From assembly GCA_020536535.1 (NCBI GenBank), contig JAHLWZ010000751.1:1-64000 (forward strand): 64,000 nt of DNA, given 5' to 3'. Shown piece by piece: positions 12,709-27,991 of the stretch. The DNA comes from Pelomyxa schiedti. Its lineage: Eukaryota; Protista; Evosea. The notes beneath the pieces were generated by a model, which was not told the origin of the DNA, did not search any database, and saw nothing but the letters and a program-made list of their open reading frames with translations. A program made the translations under genes and the position numbers. Position 1 is the stretch's first letter. Every line of letters begins with the position of its first letter.

Positions 12709-13614
12709 TCACTCACTTTCAGCTTCACCTTCGCTGCTGCTGTTACCGCTACTGCTGCCGCCACTGCTTGCGGATGCACTGTTTCCGGCGAGATAGTCAA
12801 ACAGCTTGCCATGAAGAGAGCATCTGACCGAGGGCAGTGTTTTGTTTATTAGCCACACTGGGATATTTCCCCTGTATTGTGTGTAAGTACATGTGGGTTG
12901 TTTTTAGTATACAGAGCAGAGAAAGGTAACCTGAGGTCAGTGTTAACCAGTTCATCTATCTCCGTTGTTCCATCTGCCCTGCGGCGGATGATACTGCCCG
13001 AGGGGAAAGTCCAGCCGCGGACCGTGATTTCATCCGAGTCTTGTACAGGGCCACATTCAATGGACCTTTGCATGACAGCGAGGCCGTCTTCAATAGGAAC
13101 CATCAATCTCACATCAATGAACTCTCTTGCTGATATCATTCCTCCTATTCCCTTTTGGTTACAAACAGCAAACAAAAAAATGGCTTTCGCATACTTGCAG
13201 CTGGGGCACTGACTAGTCTGACAATATCTGCCTTGCACGACTCGTCTTCACAAATAACTTGCACCACGTCATAGCTGAGAATGGCGTTGTCGTAAAACTT
13301 GTGTTCTTGGGTGTCAACTACTGCACGCAACACGTCCTCGTATGCAAAAGGCAAAATAGAGGAGGTCAAAAACGCTGTCCTGCCATCCACTGTTTGTTTA
13401 CTGACAGTAACGTCGTTCTGCAGATCTTGCGTTACACACTCATTTTTATTTACAAATTAGTGGTAGGAATTATTCTCCAAACCTTGTGCGTGACTTTGCT
13501 CCAAGACGACGATGAAACGAGAGTCAGCACGCTGGGTAATTCAGTTTCCAACAACTGCTGGACGTCTATGCCAGCAAAGATCTCCAAATTGTCCCCTTTG
13601 TTTGTTATCGACAT
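12709..13614 (-). CDS. START/SRPBCC lipid-transfer domain protein
   Basis: Spliced product contains GGMISAREFIDVR, VRGWTFPSG and NTDLR-GNIPVWLINK, the START pattern (..R.F.D.R, .D.kG.IP.W..N). Confidence 0.82.
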
Positions 13615-13825
13615 TGCTCGTTTTTATTTTTAAATTGTGATAGGCGGGTGCCGTAGGCAGTTGTCTTAAAAAGGCGCGTAGGCATGTTCAGGGAATTTAC
13701 TGTTGTCACCTTAACGTCTGACATCACAACTAGACCGAGTTCATTCTTCCGGGATGCATCACAATTCAAAAAGAGGATAGGAAATAATTACGAAAAGTGA
13801 AGAAATTGCCGTAAAACTTACTTTC

Positions 13826-15180
13826 CTAAACCTCCGAGTCATTTCCTGATGTTCCAGTGGTTGTAGTACTTGTTGTGGTAGTTGTAGTAGTGGTTGGTGT
13901 GGAGGGTTGTTTGTCCTGCGTGGTGTTAGGGGCAGTGTCTGGTGGGGAAAGTTCCTGAAGGGCTGCGTTTGTCATTTCAATAATTTGGGGCACAAAGACC
14001 CGTTCCTCGGGATCAATCTGAAGCATGCTGTGCAGGAGGGAGCACACACTGTGGGGCAGGCTGCCTGGAATTTTCACGGGATTGATGACCGCAAGAGCAA
14101 TCGAGCCGGATTTCACAGCTTGGTCAAATGGTGATACACCAAATAGCATTGCATAGAGCAAGCAGCCTAAAGCCTTAGAGTGGGTCTACTCAGTGCACTG
14201 AACGTATTGGAGAAGGGAGGCTTACCCACGAGTCAGTTCTCTCGTCAAATGATGTTCCCACATGAAAATTGAACATCTCTGGGGCTCTGTACAGTGGCGT
14301 GGTAAATGACTCGACACTTTCCTGCATTTCACCAACAAGCTGCCGGCTTGTTAATGTAACCCGTGCCTGGTCAACAGAAGCAAAATCCATCAGCACAGGA
14401 TGCCAGTCATCAGTAAGCAAAACATTCCCTTGGTGTGTTGTTACGCCTTGTGTTCTGAACAAGCACTTCAAGGTGCCTTTTTTTATGGGTACCAGGCTTT
14501 ATGTCTCGAACTGCCAACTTGGGATTGAGTGAGTGGAAACACAATACAGCTTCGCAAACCTAAAAGATAATTGAAATGATAATTAGTGAGCACTGGCATA
14601 CCCTCAAGAAAAATGTGAGCATGTCAGGGAGAGTTTTAGTTGTACGTTGTGGAGAAGAAATAAAGTCTTGAAGTGTCCCATTCTGCAGTTATCATTTTTT
14701 AAAAAAGAAAGAAAAGAGAAGCATAACAACCTTAAATAATGGCATAAGGATCATAACAGAAGACTCATTTGTGCCAGTGATTACAGCATCATCCACTGGA
14801 TGCAAAATGTACTCGTTGTTCAATTTCTTATATACTTCGACTTCCCACTTAGCCCTCTAGCTGATCATCAGTGCTGAATCACTTGATAACACAGGAGTAC
14901 CTCCAGTTGCTCTGGAGTCTGGCATATAGTCTTCTTAAGAGCAAACAACTCTCCAGTGTAAGGGTCTACGTGTTTGTTTATTTTTATACCTCACTAATAA
15001 AAGAAGGAAACAAGCAAAAAAAAAACAAAAAATAAAAAGATAAAAAAACGCACCGTAGGCCTGGTGCACGTAGGAGAAACCACCCTCGCCAATCACCGAA
15101 TAGATCACAACACGCCTCCCTGACGGGAACGTAACCTTACGGCTCGACGGCGCCCACCACATCGACAACCACCCGCCCAT
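13826..15180 (-). CDS. STK16: NAK-family Ser/Thr kinase, STK16/MPSK1/Env7-like
   Basis: N-terminal MG (myristoylation), IGEGGFSYV, FALKK, VRDIKPGNVLL, VLMDFAS, TTPLYRAPEMF, DERTDSW, GSIALAV. Confidence 0.85.
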
Positions 15181-15378
15181 TATCCTTCCTGGTTGATTTG
15201 ATTATGCCAGACCACCACCCGGCGATTTGATGGCAATTAGCTGAGAGACCAAACACTCTGAGCCAGAGTCCCCGCCCAAATCGAAGAATCGGGTAGATTT
15301 CATTTACTGGTTGGTGCGTTGTTTGGTGACACGACCCTGTTGTGTTGACGCAGCTCAGCAATAGAACGGAACTCATAG

Positions 15379-17076
15379 ATGAACTGCGACCAGCGGGAGA
15401 GATTGACGTTGGGTACCGCCGTTGTTCTCTTCTTTTGTCATCTCCAACGACTCCACTTTGTCGTTTCACCATTTTTCTTTTGGTAGTAACCCATAAGCTT
15501 GCGCGGTTTGGCTCCGAACGCGTTGAGGAAGGCATTGGCAGTTATCAGCACAAGGAACACCTGATGTGATTTTCTTTTGTTTTAACACACCAAAGTTGAC
15601 TCGAAATCAAGGGATTCAATTTGCAGTGATGCATTCACCTTTGTAGATCAATTCGAGGTAGGATGTAAATATGGAGAGAGGGAATTTGACTTCAAATAGG
15701 ACTTAAAGTACATCATTTATTGTATTTTGTCATCCTTCCATCTGAATTTTCCCAAGTCATCTTTTGATGGTTCACGATACTTTTATGAAACTTTCTGGAG
15801 CTTGTAATGACGAAATGACAAAGCAGTGTGCATCCTGGCATTAGTATTCATACTGGAAGCTCATCTGTTAGCAGAGCGACAATGCCCACTGAAGCAGTGA
15901 AACACATAGCTTCTATCTGGGCACTTTTGTTTCCCTGCTTGGATATTATTGAGGATCCGACAGTTGATTTCAATTCGTTTTTGTGGTGGCTCTTTTCGGT
16001 CAGAACAAGCAAAATGGTAGGGAAGCTTTTGAGTGATATGTATATTAAGCTTTCCGGCAGTCTTCCTATGAGGAGCAGCCACTTCAACAAAACCTCAGTG
16101 AAAACTTCACTTGTATCCAGAGTTTGCCAGAGAGCATCTACACTTCACCTACAACTTCAACATCAAACTCTGTATCAGATGACACAGACCTGTTACAAAA
16201 ATGTGGTTTCTCAGCAGTACTACCAGGGCGAAGTGAAATTTCTGTGGAATCCCCTACTGAAGGGTCTGGAGAACCTAATAAGAAGTGGAACGCTGGATTT
16301 GTACCTGGAACTCCTGTTGTAGGTCAGTTCTGCATATATCTCCTCTAATTCGACAGCAGCATCCTATGCATACTTCTGTACGTGTCACCCACACTCCAAA
16401 GACGGCTCAAAGGGGTCAAATAAGCAAGCGCTTGGTGTTAACACCCTTAAAGACCTTCCAAATGGCAACACCTACAGCAACCGCTTCATCAAGAAGAACT
16501 TGTTGTTGCTCCTGCTCTAAAAAATTGGACGAGGTAACAAGAAAGTCAGATGAGGTAATTGAGCCAAGTATCTCGTTTTTCTCATATTCATGTACTCTAT
16601 CAGTTGTTAATTGTTTTTGCTTGATGTCATTGTTTTTAAAATCCACCACTGTGAAAAGATGCTAGGTCTCCTGAAAAGGCACCTGTCTGAAGCACCTGCT
16701 AGAGAGCATGGTACCTCAACACACCACATAGACGTTCTAGAGGTATTTAAATTTTCTTAATGAAAATCCTTACAATCCCCAGGTTCTACCTGTAGTAGAG
16801 GTGGCACCAGAACATGAAGTAGAGCCTATTGACACTTTCATTGAACAGACCGATACACAGCCACCAAGCACACTGAAATCTTTACCACAGGAGTACCCGT
16901 CATCGCCTCCCAATAGCCCAGCTTCAAACACAACAACCTCATCCCGCAATACCACAACGCCGATCCGACACCCTCGGTCCAGAACCGTCATCTGGCTGCT
17001 TTGGATTTGCACTGGGATCATTTCACTTGCCTTCTTGTGTGCCATTCTTGAAAGAAGTGTACCAATACTCACCTAA
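15379..17076 (+). CDS. hypothetical multi-exon protein with C-terminal hydrophobic (tail-anchor-like) segment
   Basis: First exons splice in frame from ATG 15379 (MNCDQRERLTLVTHKLARF...IDSKSRDSIC); last exon is Ser/Thr/Pro-rich and ends TVIWLLWICTGIISLAFLCAIL; internal exons not fully resolved. Confidence 0.5.
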
Positions 17077-17208
17077 GCACCGCACCTACACAGAAGGAAA
17101 AAACCTCTTATCACAAGAAGAAAACCATATATTTTCAGTACTATATTATAAACACTGTGCTCGTTATGAGAAGCACAGAGGTGCTGCAGAGTGAAGGTGT
17201 AGGTGCTG

Positions 17209-20200
17209 TTACTCTGAGTTGGAGCGTTCTTGCATTGCTTCTGATACATTGGCACTGGAGGAAGACCGTACTCTCTTGGATTCAATGGTTGGATTCTTCT
17301 GTATTTTCCTTTTATCTTCTCTGTGGTGTTGTTAGGAATAAGGGAGGGCTATTGGGGATGGCAAACAAACTTCAAAATTTCCTTGGACATTTTTTCAATA
17401 ACTAGTCGTTGAGCTTTGTCCAAGTCCTTTGGCTTTCCGGCTGGTTCCCGTGTCTTTCTGATCTCTTCCACTGATAAACTCATTCTGTACAACTCTTCCT
17501 CTTCATTCACAACGGGGCAGTGTTGCAAATAGTCCTGTATGAATGGCACTGCCACAAAGTGGTATTCGGTTCTCTGGAATTTTTCTATTTCCCTGTTTTA
17601 CATTATTTACTAGGCAAAGGAGTGATAATAGGAAAACCTAAGAGGTAGTGCAAGTAGTCTCCACTTCGCGAAATTGATTAATTTCTCCCCGGTAGGGAGA
17701 TCGACTGTATCATGATTGCCTTCGTTTGTAAATACACACATTGTTATATATCGGCCTACCCCAAGTAAGAAACTTTATCACTGGAGAGACGTGTACCTAT
17801 ATATGGAATACACGGAATAGCATGATAAGACCCGAGCACTTCCTGTATAGCTGTACGGTAATTTTGGAAATTGCCTGTGGCATCACCAAATTTTTGCAGT
17901 TTTTCAAAAGTCTCCCATGAAGTCTCGGGTAGTAACTTGGAAGAGTTGTCAAGCAGAAGAGGAAGGTTGGAAGAACATACAGCCCATGTGGACTTGAGGC
18001 GATGAATTGCAGAACTTTGTAAACTTGACATAATTTCCATGACAGCATGATAGTTGTGAATTGCAAAGCAATGCTTAGATGAAATCAGTGCAAACAAGAA
18101 CTCAAATTGAGGAAACCTCCGCAATGCAGATAAATTTTTTGAGAAGAAGCGCTCGGGATTTTATGTCAGGTGATTGAAGGATCTCTGTTGAAACCCAGTT
18201 CGAGTGCTGTTTTGAAATGCACGTGTGATGGAGTGTGACTTTGATGGAAAAGTGTACCCTGTTTGTAAGCTTGACCATTCTGTGTAGATGTGGGGATTTT
18301 TCAGGATTCCTCTTTTCTGTTACATAATATACAAATTCATAGGGTTTCATCTTCATAAAGACTTCAGATTCAATGAGAGCCATCTGTCGTGCCACCTACA
18401 GAAAGTTCATTTGTTTGGAGATACTTGACAGACAAATGAATTGCCAAACAAACAAGACCACACACCAACATACTTCTTCAGGGTGCATGTCATCAAATGT
18501 AGGTGTAGCAGACATTTCCTCGAAGATGATAGGTGGAGGAAGATGTTGAGCCACTCCAACATTGGCAGTAACGTGAAAGGCACCTGATGTCTGAGGAAAT
18601 TACGTATTTTCACGAGGAGTTTATAGAAATTACCACTTTTTTAAGTAAAGTTAATAGTGACAAAGCTGAGGGCATTCTGGCAGCAAGTTCAGAAATAAGT
18701 TGCTTGCACTTGTCTTCAACTTCTGGATTGCAAAAGTCATCTGGGCAAAGCATAAACCACAACTTCAGTAAATTAAGACATCTACGGTAGGGAGTGTAAG
18801 CAGAGGGGAAAAAAACTGAAATGTAGGAAACCTGACTCTAATAAATGCCAACTTCTGAGTTTTAAAGTCTTGCCATGACATATTAGGTGGTCTTGGGGCA
18901 AAAAATCTATCCGAAGTAAATTAGAGCACCCACTAAGAAAACAATCAACCGTAGACGTAAGAGTTCCATTAGATCCATAGCAGTAGTAAATACTCGATAA
19001 GTGAGAAGGAAAGCGCCAGCTTCAAAGTCATCCTTCTCTTTTTAGGTGTCTAGAATTAAAACAAGTTTTGATAATGTAGAGATACTAGGATTGTAGCTTT
19101 CGTTGGTAAAATGATAAAATAGTTTGCATAGGGTTGCCGCCTGCAATTGTTTACACTTGTTCCCGTTTTCATCTTCCACATCCAAGAATTTACTGTTTTC
19201 GGGTGTGAAAGGCTTCCCAAGTTCAAACCATCTAGGGTCGGAGCTGTAATCGGGCATAACCTCTTCAGGTTCGTCCTAGACATAATTTAAATATGGAAGT
19301 TGATTGTTGCGTATTACCGATTTTGGTTTAACTGGTGGTGGGAGGGTTGGTGTTGATGATGGCACAATACCCGTGCCACTTAAAGTGAGACTTGTTGTAA
19401 TGGAAACTGGTGCAGTGACTGAAGTGGAAGTTGTAGATTGAGGTGGAGGTAATGTGGCCATATTCACAGAGGGAATGGAAGGAGGGTCTTTAGGGGGAAT
19501 ACTGAGAGTGTTGGCGTCAAAGGCAGAAGATAGAGAGCCTTTGTATGATTTTTTTCTGTCAATAACAGAGAAAAATCTCTTAAAATTCTGCCCAAAGTAA
19601 ACAAAAGACTTGGGAAGAAAAAAGGGCTAGTATTACTAACCATTTTCCCATCTGCTGTTTTCGACGGATCAAGCTTACTTGGCTAAGAATAGTAAGGTAA
19701 CATAAAACGAAGAATCAGGCCAAACATCAAATGGTTCCGTCCCATCTCTTGACTGCCTTGGGGAGCTTATAGTGGCAGAAGTTTTACCTGGTGAACGGGT
19801 TGGAGATCCAGAGCGCGCCTTTGTTGGTTGTCAGTTTATTAGTGAGCCAAACGTGTACTTACCAGTGAATCTGCAAGGCAATCACTTTCTGAGTCACTGC
19901 CCTTTTTTTTTTTTGGGATGTTTTGGGGGAAGGGAGAAGGTTCATTTATGATGAAATGTTCCTGCTGGTTTAAATTTCAATTTAACACATACTTGCAGTG
20001 GTGGGGGATCTAAAAAATGCAATAAGAGAAAGGTGTGGTGGGTAATGAAATAAACAAACATGATTCTACAGAACAGGTTCTTCGGTGTGCTGAAATAACG
20101 AATTAATATAAGTCACGTTGAGAATCGGTACACACCAAATACAAATACAAGTCCCGCATCATTCAGGTTGGATGTCACTTTGCATGAAGGACACATGACA

Positions 20201-20816
20201 AACATGGCTGGATGTTGTAAATCCCCGGCTCCCTCAATCACCTCAGCTGGCACTGTCAAAATTGCAACAGGGACTTCCCCCTTAGGAATGAGGGATTCAA
20301 GGTTTGGTATTTTAGCAGATTCTGAGGAAGTGCCAGATACAGGAATGGGACGCACTGCCACATGAGATCTCCGAATTGCGGGACCACTTGATGCTAGTGG
20401 TAGTAGAGGTGGAGGAATAAGAGAGCGCGATATAGTGGGCTTCAAGACTCGAGAAAGAGCATTGCCAGTAGTAGTAGAGAGATTTGGGGGTGAGAGGTAA
20501 GCTGCTGACTGGTCTGCAGAGTGGATTCCAGGTGGTGAAGGAGTGCTATTGCTGCGGTTGTGGCTTGCAGTAGTTGCCAGAGATGAGGCAGTTGTACTCG
20601 CACTTGCAAACAACAGTGGTGGTGAGCTAGGAGGGGTGATGTTCAGTGAGGTATTTGCTTGTACTGATGCGACAGCTTCAGTTTCTGTGGCTGCCAATGA
20701 TTTCGTGGAGGTGATTTGTGGGTCAGTTGAGGATTGTGGTTTTGTGGAGGTAGATGGTGTTTCTGTTTTTAGGTCATGATCAGAGACGGGTGTTATCTGT
20801 GACTGTAACTGTGTAG

Positions 20817-20855
<39 letters not shown>

Positions 20856-22099
20856 TCTGTGTCTGTGTGCCAGTAGCTTGCATAGCAGGTGTCTGTGTGC
20901 CAGTGGCTTGCATAGCAGCAAAGGCTAAGGAATCACAGGACTTGATTCGAGGCATGGGAGACATTGAAGAAACTGGAGGAACTGCTAGGGTGACTGTAAT
21001 GCAATCTGCTGTTGCTTCCCTCAAGCTGGAACCTTTGAGTGGTCGGGGTAAACTTGACATACTATATGTGGGGGTTGGAGGTGACAAGAGATTCATCTGT
21101 GATGTGTAGGCTGTGTTGGACGATGATAAGTGATTGCACTTTGGAACTGCCAGAGAAGTTCCAGAAGTGGCAGGAGCTAAAGGAGATGCGGTTTCAGAAA
21201 TGGACAATGAAACATTCCTCCCAGAAGCAGGAGGTGCGGCATCACAATCTGCATCTATTGTTGTGTTTGTTTATTTTTAGAAATTAAAAATAATTAATTA
21301 AAAAAAAAAAAAAAAAGGCAAAGAGGGCAGAAGGGTGCGCTGAGAATGACATACTACTTGCACTGTGATGGCGTCTTCTGTGCTTGCCAGAATCACCAGA
21401 GCCATCAGCAGGGGCTGCCCCGCCATCCTGGTCACCGCTGCTTCCACTATTAACACTACCGTTTACATTCGAGGATGTGGTTGTTGCATTTCCTCCACCA
21501 CCCTGTAAGTCGCCGGAATTGGAACTGGCCGCCGTCGCAGGAGTCGAACCCGCGTCCTCCCCCCGCGTGCCGCCGTCGTTTCCCTTCTTGCTAGTGTCGT
21601 GCTGGCCGTGGTGGCCCCCCCCGTGGCCCCCGTGGTGATGGTGCCTCCCCGCGTGCCTGTGGTGCTGCTGCTTCTCGTCGCCGCCCACATGCACCCCCGA
21701 CGACGTCGACAGCAGCAACGCCGGCGTCGAAGACGGCGCCAACGCCGAGGGCGTGGTTTGCTGTTGTGGTTGTGGTTGTTGTTGCTGCTGCTGCTGTTGG
21801 TCTGTTGTTTGGTGGTCCTGTGGCTTCTGCTTCGTTGGGCTGGGCGACGAACCGCCAGTGGCAGCCGCGGACGTGGACGTGGACGTGGACGTGGAAGAGG
21901 GAGACGATGTCGTGGACGTCGAAGTGGGTTGGGGGTGGGCGACCACGGTGTTTGCGTGCATGAGTTTGAGCTGGCTGTTGCGCGGGGCAGCCGAGGCACG
22001 GGGGCTGCCGATGCCCACCGGTTGAAGGTCCGTCATTTGGCTGTGTTCGCGTTGCGTGGGGTTTGTGTCTGTCTTGGTTGTGTCGTTTCGACTGGACAC
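17209..22099 (-). CDS. RasGEF (REM + CDC25 domains) with long low-complexity N-terminus
   Basis: REM: LQAATLCKLF, AFLLTYRVFTT. CDC25: VARQMALIESEVF, NWVSTEIL, NYHAVMEIMSSLQSSAIHRLKSTW, PCIPYIG, LINFAKWR. Confidence 0.9.
20818..20918. repeat. coding microsatellite (tgcctg)6 plus 30-nt tandem duplication
   Basis: Encodes (QA)n and two AMQATGTQT copies in the RasGEF N-terminus. Confidence 0.85.
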
Positions 22100-22403
22100 T
22101 TATGGGTTGTCCGGTATGTTGGCAGGCGTTTGGTTTTGGTTTTGGTTCGGGTCCTCCAATAAAGTGCCGGCGCCGATCGCGCTTTCGTTCGTTCTCCTTC
22201 TTTGTTCCTTTTTTTTCCTTTTTTCTTTTCTTCGGTGCTGGATTACGTTGTTTCGAGAAAACCACGGTTCTTTCCAGTGAAAGAAAAAAGACAAAGGCAA
22301 ATAAAGTCCACGGCTGTTTCTTCGCTCTTGATGTAAGGGGGTTTTGCAATCGTTGGTGTTTGTTTTTTTTTTTGTTTCTATAGTTTAACAACCACAAGGT
22401 AGT

Positions 22404-23460
<1,057 letters not shown>

Positions 23461-23863
23461 TTTTGATATATTATAGAAAAAACCCCGATGTACACGGGTG
23501 GGTGTAACACCCAATTCCTTGATTGCTTTTTTCTTTTTAAAATGAATTAAAATCGGAGAAAACAAGTTCCAACGACACCCAAAGCTCAGTTCCTCAGCCA
23601 ATTCAGTGCCTGGTGACCATCTCACACCTGGCAGGATTCTACCCTCAGAAAGGCATCCCTGCCAAGTGCCTCCATCATCGAGAAAAGCTGTTTAGAGAAG
23701 CACATTAGATTCAGTACAAGATTTTCTGTACCCTGCCATCATTTTGACAAGAAACCGAATTTCAAAAACAAAAAACTCAAGGGGACGTGACTACACTGTA
23801 GTGCGTTGCGTCCGTTCCCTCCCCCAACACCCAACCCATAATTCAGCGCCGGCGGCCATCGCG

Positions 23864-26800
23864 ATGACCACCAACGCCCGCGGAGGCAGCACTCCCCCGC
23901 CACCTAATTCCCCTGCGCCGATGCCACCGCCGCCAACGGTGGCCCCGCCGATTCCACAACAACAGCAAATAAATGGAGGAGGAAGTGGTGGTGGTCCGTT
24001 GTTCCCTACGACCGGCGGCGGAAGTGGCGGTGGCGGCAACGGTACTGGTAGTAGTGGCGGTGGCGTTGCGTCGCACCGTGACAGATCTGAACTGCCGCTT
24101 ATGAGGACGAGATCTGGCCACATGGTGGCTCCTTCTGTCATTTCCGTGCGGGCGCACGTTCCGCCTCCCCCGCCGGCCACAGGCACTCCTTTAGTCGTAG
24201 GCGGAGGTGGCAACAGCGGCACGAACGGCCTTTCTTCGTCTAACAATCGCATCGACACATCCCCAACACCGAATAGTGGTTCGCACACAAATCCAAACCA
24301 GCAGCCATCACAACAACAACCAAATTCATTGCCTTCGCCACAGACACAGACACAAGCTCAAACTGAAACACAATCTCCAACTCAGCAAACTGATACCTCT
24401 GAACTCACACCAGAGGAGAGAAGGTCGTTTGCTGCCAACTTCAGGCTGCTGTTTCAGTATTCACAGCAGGAGCCGGAACCAGATCGACCTGTGGATGACA
24501 GTGGTCTAGAATTACCTCCTACACCAGCTCCTCTCCCTCCTGGAGCTCAACCACCACCACCTTCCCGTATTTCTGAGCTGGAATGTGAGACTGCACTCCG
24601 CGTGCTGATCAACTTATGCATAAAAGGTCACTCAGTTTCCCAATTCAATCTGATAATTCCTCACTTTTCCCAGAATCTGCTAGAGATTGGGTTTTCAAAC
24701 TTGGATTGGGTCCTATTATACATTGTCTGACTGATAAAAGTGAAGTATGACTTGAACTCACGTTTAAATAAACAATTGTTTTCCTAAAATATCTTGAGTC
24801 CCTTTGTTGCCTTTAGCCTCTATCGAATCAGAGTGAGAGTAACCCTTATGAAGGTAATTGTTATGATGGACTACTGGTTGCTGAGTCATGTTGCCATGTC
24901 AGGTTTTCGTTCCATTTCAATTGCTTTTACTTATTTTCTTCCCACGTTTTCAGTAAGCACCCGTCAGCAAGCGGAAGCAATACTTCCACAACCAGTGGTG
25001 GACTCCATCGTTGATATTTTATCCAAAGCAGTCATTGCTGATGTTGTTGAGAAAGCAGTCTGGTTTATGACAAACCTATGTCAATCCAGTATCTCCTCCT
25101 TAAAGCAGGAACATCGTTAATATGCACAGAGGATTCCTGTGATATTCTCACACAGAGTAATGTATGTGACTATTTGCTTGATAGATTTACTACCTGCAAC
25201 GTTCCAAACCTTTTACTTGTAATTGCCACAGTATTAAGAAATTTGATGAATCCTGGTATGTCAACTTATATCACAACTATTATTGAAGTTAAAGTGGGAG
25301 AACGAAAATGGAAGGGAGGAAATGTGTATAGCCTAAATTAGGAATAGATTGCTGTTCATACTATGCTGCAAACAAGTCTATTTTTTGCAAGAAACAGGGT
25401 ATTAAACGGGTATGAATCTTCCAATATACAGGTACTGAAACTCAAATTATGCGAAGGTTATACAACTTTTGGAATCAAAAGAAGACGTCAGTATAATGGC
25501 ATCATTAAACCTCCTATGTGTTCTTGGGGGAAGTGGAGGTATTCGGGTTGAAACAATCTTGTAACTCTTACTTTAATGTCAGAATTGACGGATTTGATCC
25601 GCAAGATAATTATTGCTTCTGGAGCCCTTCCTCCACTATTTTCAATTGCTGCCAATGGCACTGCAACTCAAAAGGAGCGAGCACTGCACATCCTTATTGG
25701 TCTTTCTATGCTTGGTACGATCTAGCTAATGAGTTGGGTCTTACTTGAGTTTAGAGGGAGCACAGCAGAAACTTCTTAATGCTGGGTGCTTGGGTATAAT
25801 GCTTGGTAATAAGCATATGCCACCATTGTGTCTTTTAATTGTTAACAGATTTACTTGGCAACGAACCATATGACACTCTCACCTTATTTGCGGTGATCAT
25901 TTTGCAAAATCTATCATGCTTCCGTAAATTTCTTCTAATATTGTTTCAATTTAACACTCCACAGCGGAGGTGAGATCTGAATTTCAATTTTCTGGACTTC
26001 TTGAGCATCTTAAAAAAATATTGAGCCCTTCTACAAATGAAACACTTCTTCTACACGCTTGTAGTCTCTTGTCCAATCTTGCACTCCATGGTTATATTAT
26101 CCCCCCCCCCCCCTTTCCTCTCAACTTGACATTAGAGCTCATACGCCTGGAAATGCTACATGGTAGAATGACACAACATATCAGGCAATTACAAGCATCA
26201 CCCCAGCTTCCGCCTAAAGTGAGAGATTCTCTAGAATCTACACTTAACAGTTTGAGTGTAACAGGTGAAAGCCATGCTAATCAGTGGCCCCTAACCTAAT
26301 TTCTTTCTCCTAAAAAGTTTCTGCTACTTCTGTTGAAGAGTTCAAAGGTGTACAGCCGCACTCCCAGGTCCGTTCAATATCCACTTTAAATTACAATTGA
26401 AATGCTTGCAAAGACCTGGGTAAGTGGAGGTGCCATGTCTCGCAGAGCACATTGCAAGTCACTTTTTCTTGACCAAGACTTCATTGTTAGAACCCGTATT
26501 GTGAAAGAAATTATGTCCACAGAAAACACATATCTAAAGAGCCTTGGAATATGCCTCAATGTACTACTTTGAGACCTATTTTAAACACTGAAATGAAATT
26601 GTGCAGCACTACAGGAAACCTCTCTTAGATGGGACCCTCATTTCTGTACCTGATGTTGAATTTGTATTTGGCAATATGGAAGAGGTATAACTTCAAAGTA
26701 ACAACGGCACCCAACACTCTGCAAAATAGATTGTTAAACTAGGAAAATCGTTTTTGGAATCTCTCAATGCTACTTTAGACACCTGGGGCCCAGACTCCAT

Positions 26801-27891
26801 CGTCAGTGTCATTTTTACGAATTTGTGGCAGGTGTGGTGTCAACTATGTGAGTGTAACCTTACTGTCCTGTGGAGGGCCCACTGGAATCAGTGTACAACC
26901 GATATCTAGTCAATTACGATAAGCGAATGGAGCTATTCATGTCACACTTTGAGTCAAAGCCTACCCTCAAAGAGTGGGCGCATGTATGCCTTTTTAACGA
27001 GTATCGTGTATAACACATTACTAGCACGTCAGCCAAGAGAAAGAAGTCAACACCTTTGATGTTTGGAGCTTTTTGATTCTACCAATTCAGGTAGCACTTC
27101 TGAAAAGCCATTCTCTAATTCTAAACAGCGAGTGCCCCGTTACATTCTACTTCTCCAAGTACAGCTCCAGTTGTAGTTAAGTTTTTCACTTACCTAATAC
27201 AGAGTCTTTTAAAATCGACTCCTTCAACTCACCCCGATCATATTGGGTTGAAAAACACGATTGCTGTTGGCACTAAACTTCTTGACAGCTTAAATGAAGC
27301 AAAAAGGTGGGCAAACGAAAAATAAAACCGCCAAGGCAACTAATCCGTCAATTTACTAGGGCCTCTGAAAATAAAATGCGTGTACCAGATATTCAGAAAA
27401 ACCTTGTCAACCCCCCCCCCAGAGGTGCCTTCTTAATATCTGTTGAACTTTAACAACAAAATCAGGGCATTGTAACTCCAACCCGCATGTTTGTGAAAGA
27501 AGGTGCCATTCTCGAAATTAGAGGCGAACGCAGCAGCAAATACCGCTATCTGTTCCTATTCAACGATCTGTTGCTCGTCACAATTCAGCAGCGGTTATCC
27601 AAGAAATATAAAATCTTGGCAATAATCGACCTTCGGAAATTGAGTATTGTTGACTGTCCCAATGACCGTATGCTCAACTCCACTCACAAATGCATCCTAC
27701 TCCACTAACCAACAACAGCAAGTACTCCAACCATTCAACACCGATTCAACCTACTCTGGATCACTGACAGGGATCCACAGCAAAATGTATTATCAGCCAC
27801 TGCAACATCCCCAGAAGAGAAAGCAGAGTGGATGGAGCAGCTCAGAAAGTACTCCAAAATAGTAAAATCCTCACCACAGCACAGACTGTAA
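23864..27891 (+). CDS. RhoGEF: Pro/Gly-rich N-terminus, ARM-like repeats, DH and PH domains
   Basis: DH: RIVKEIMSTENTYLKSL, FVFGNMEE, FLILPIQRVPRYILLLQSLLKSTP. PH: FVKEG..RYLFLFNDLLL..EEKAEWME. ARM-like: EKAVWFMTNLC, ACSLLSNLA. Confidence 0.9.
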
Positions 27892-27991
27892 AAAAAAAAA
27901 GAAAAATAGGCAGCTTGTTGAATATTAACTACACAACATTTTTTTTGAATCTACACAAAAAAAAACCGAAACCTCTGTCACTTTTGCTCTG

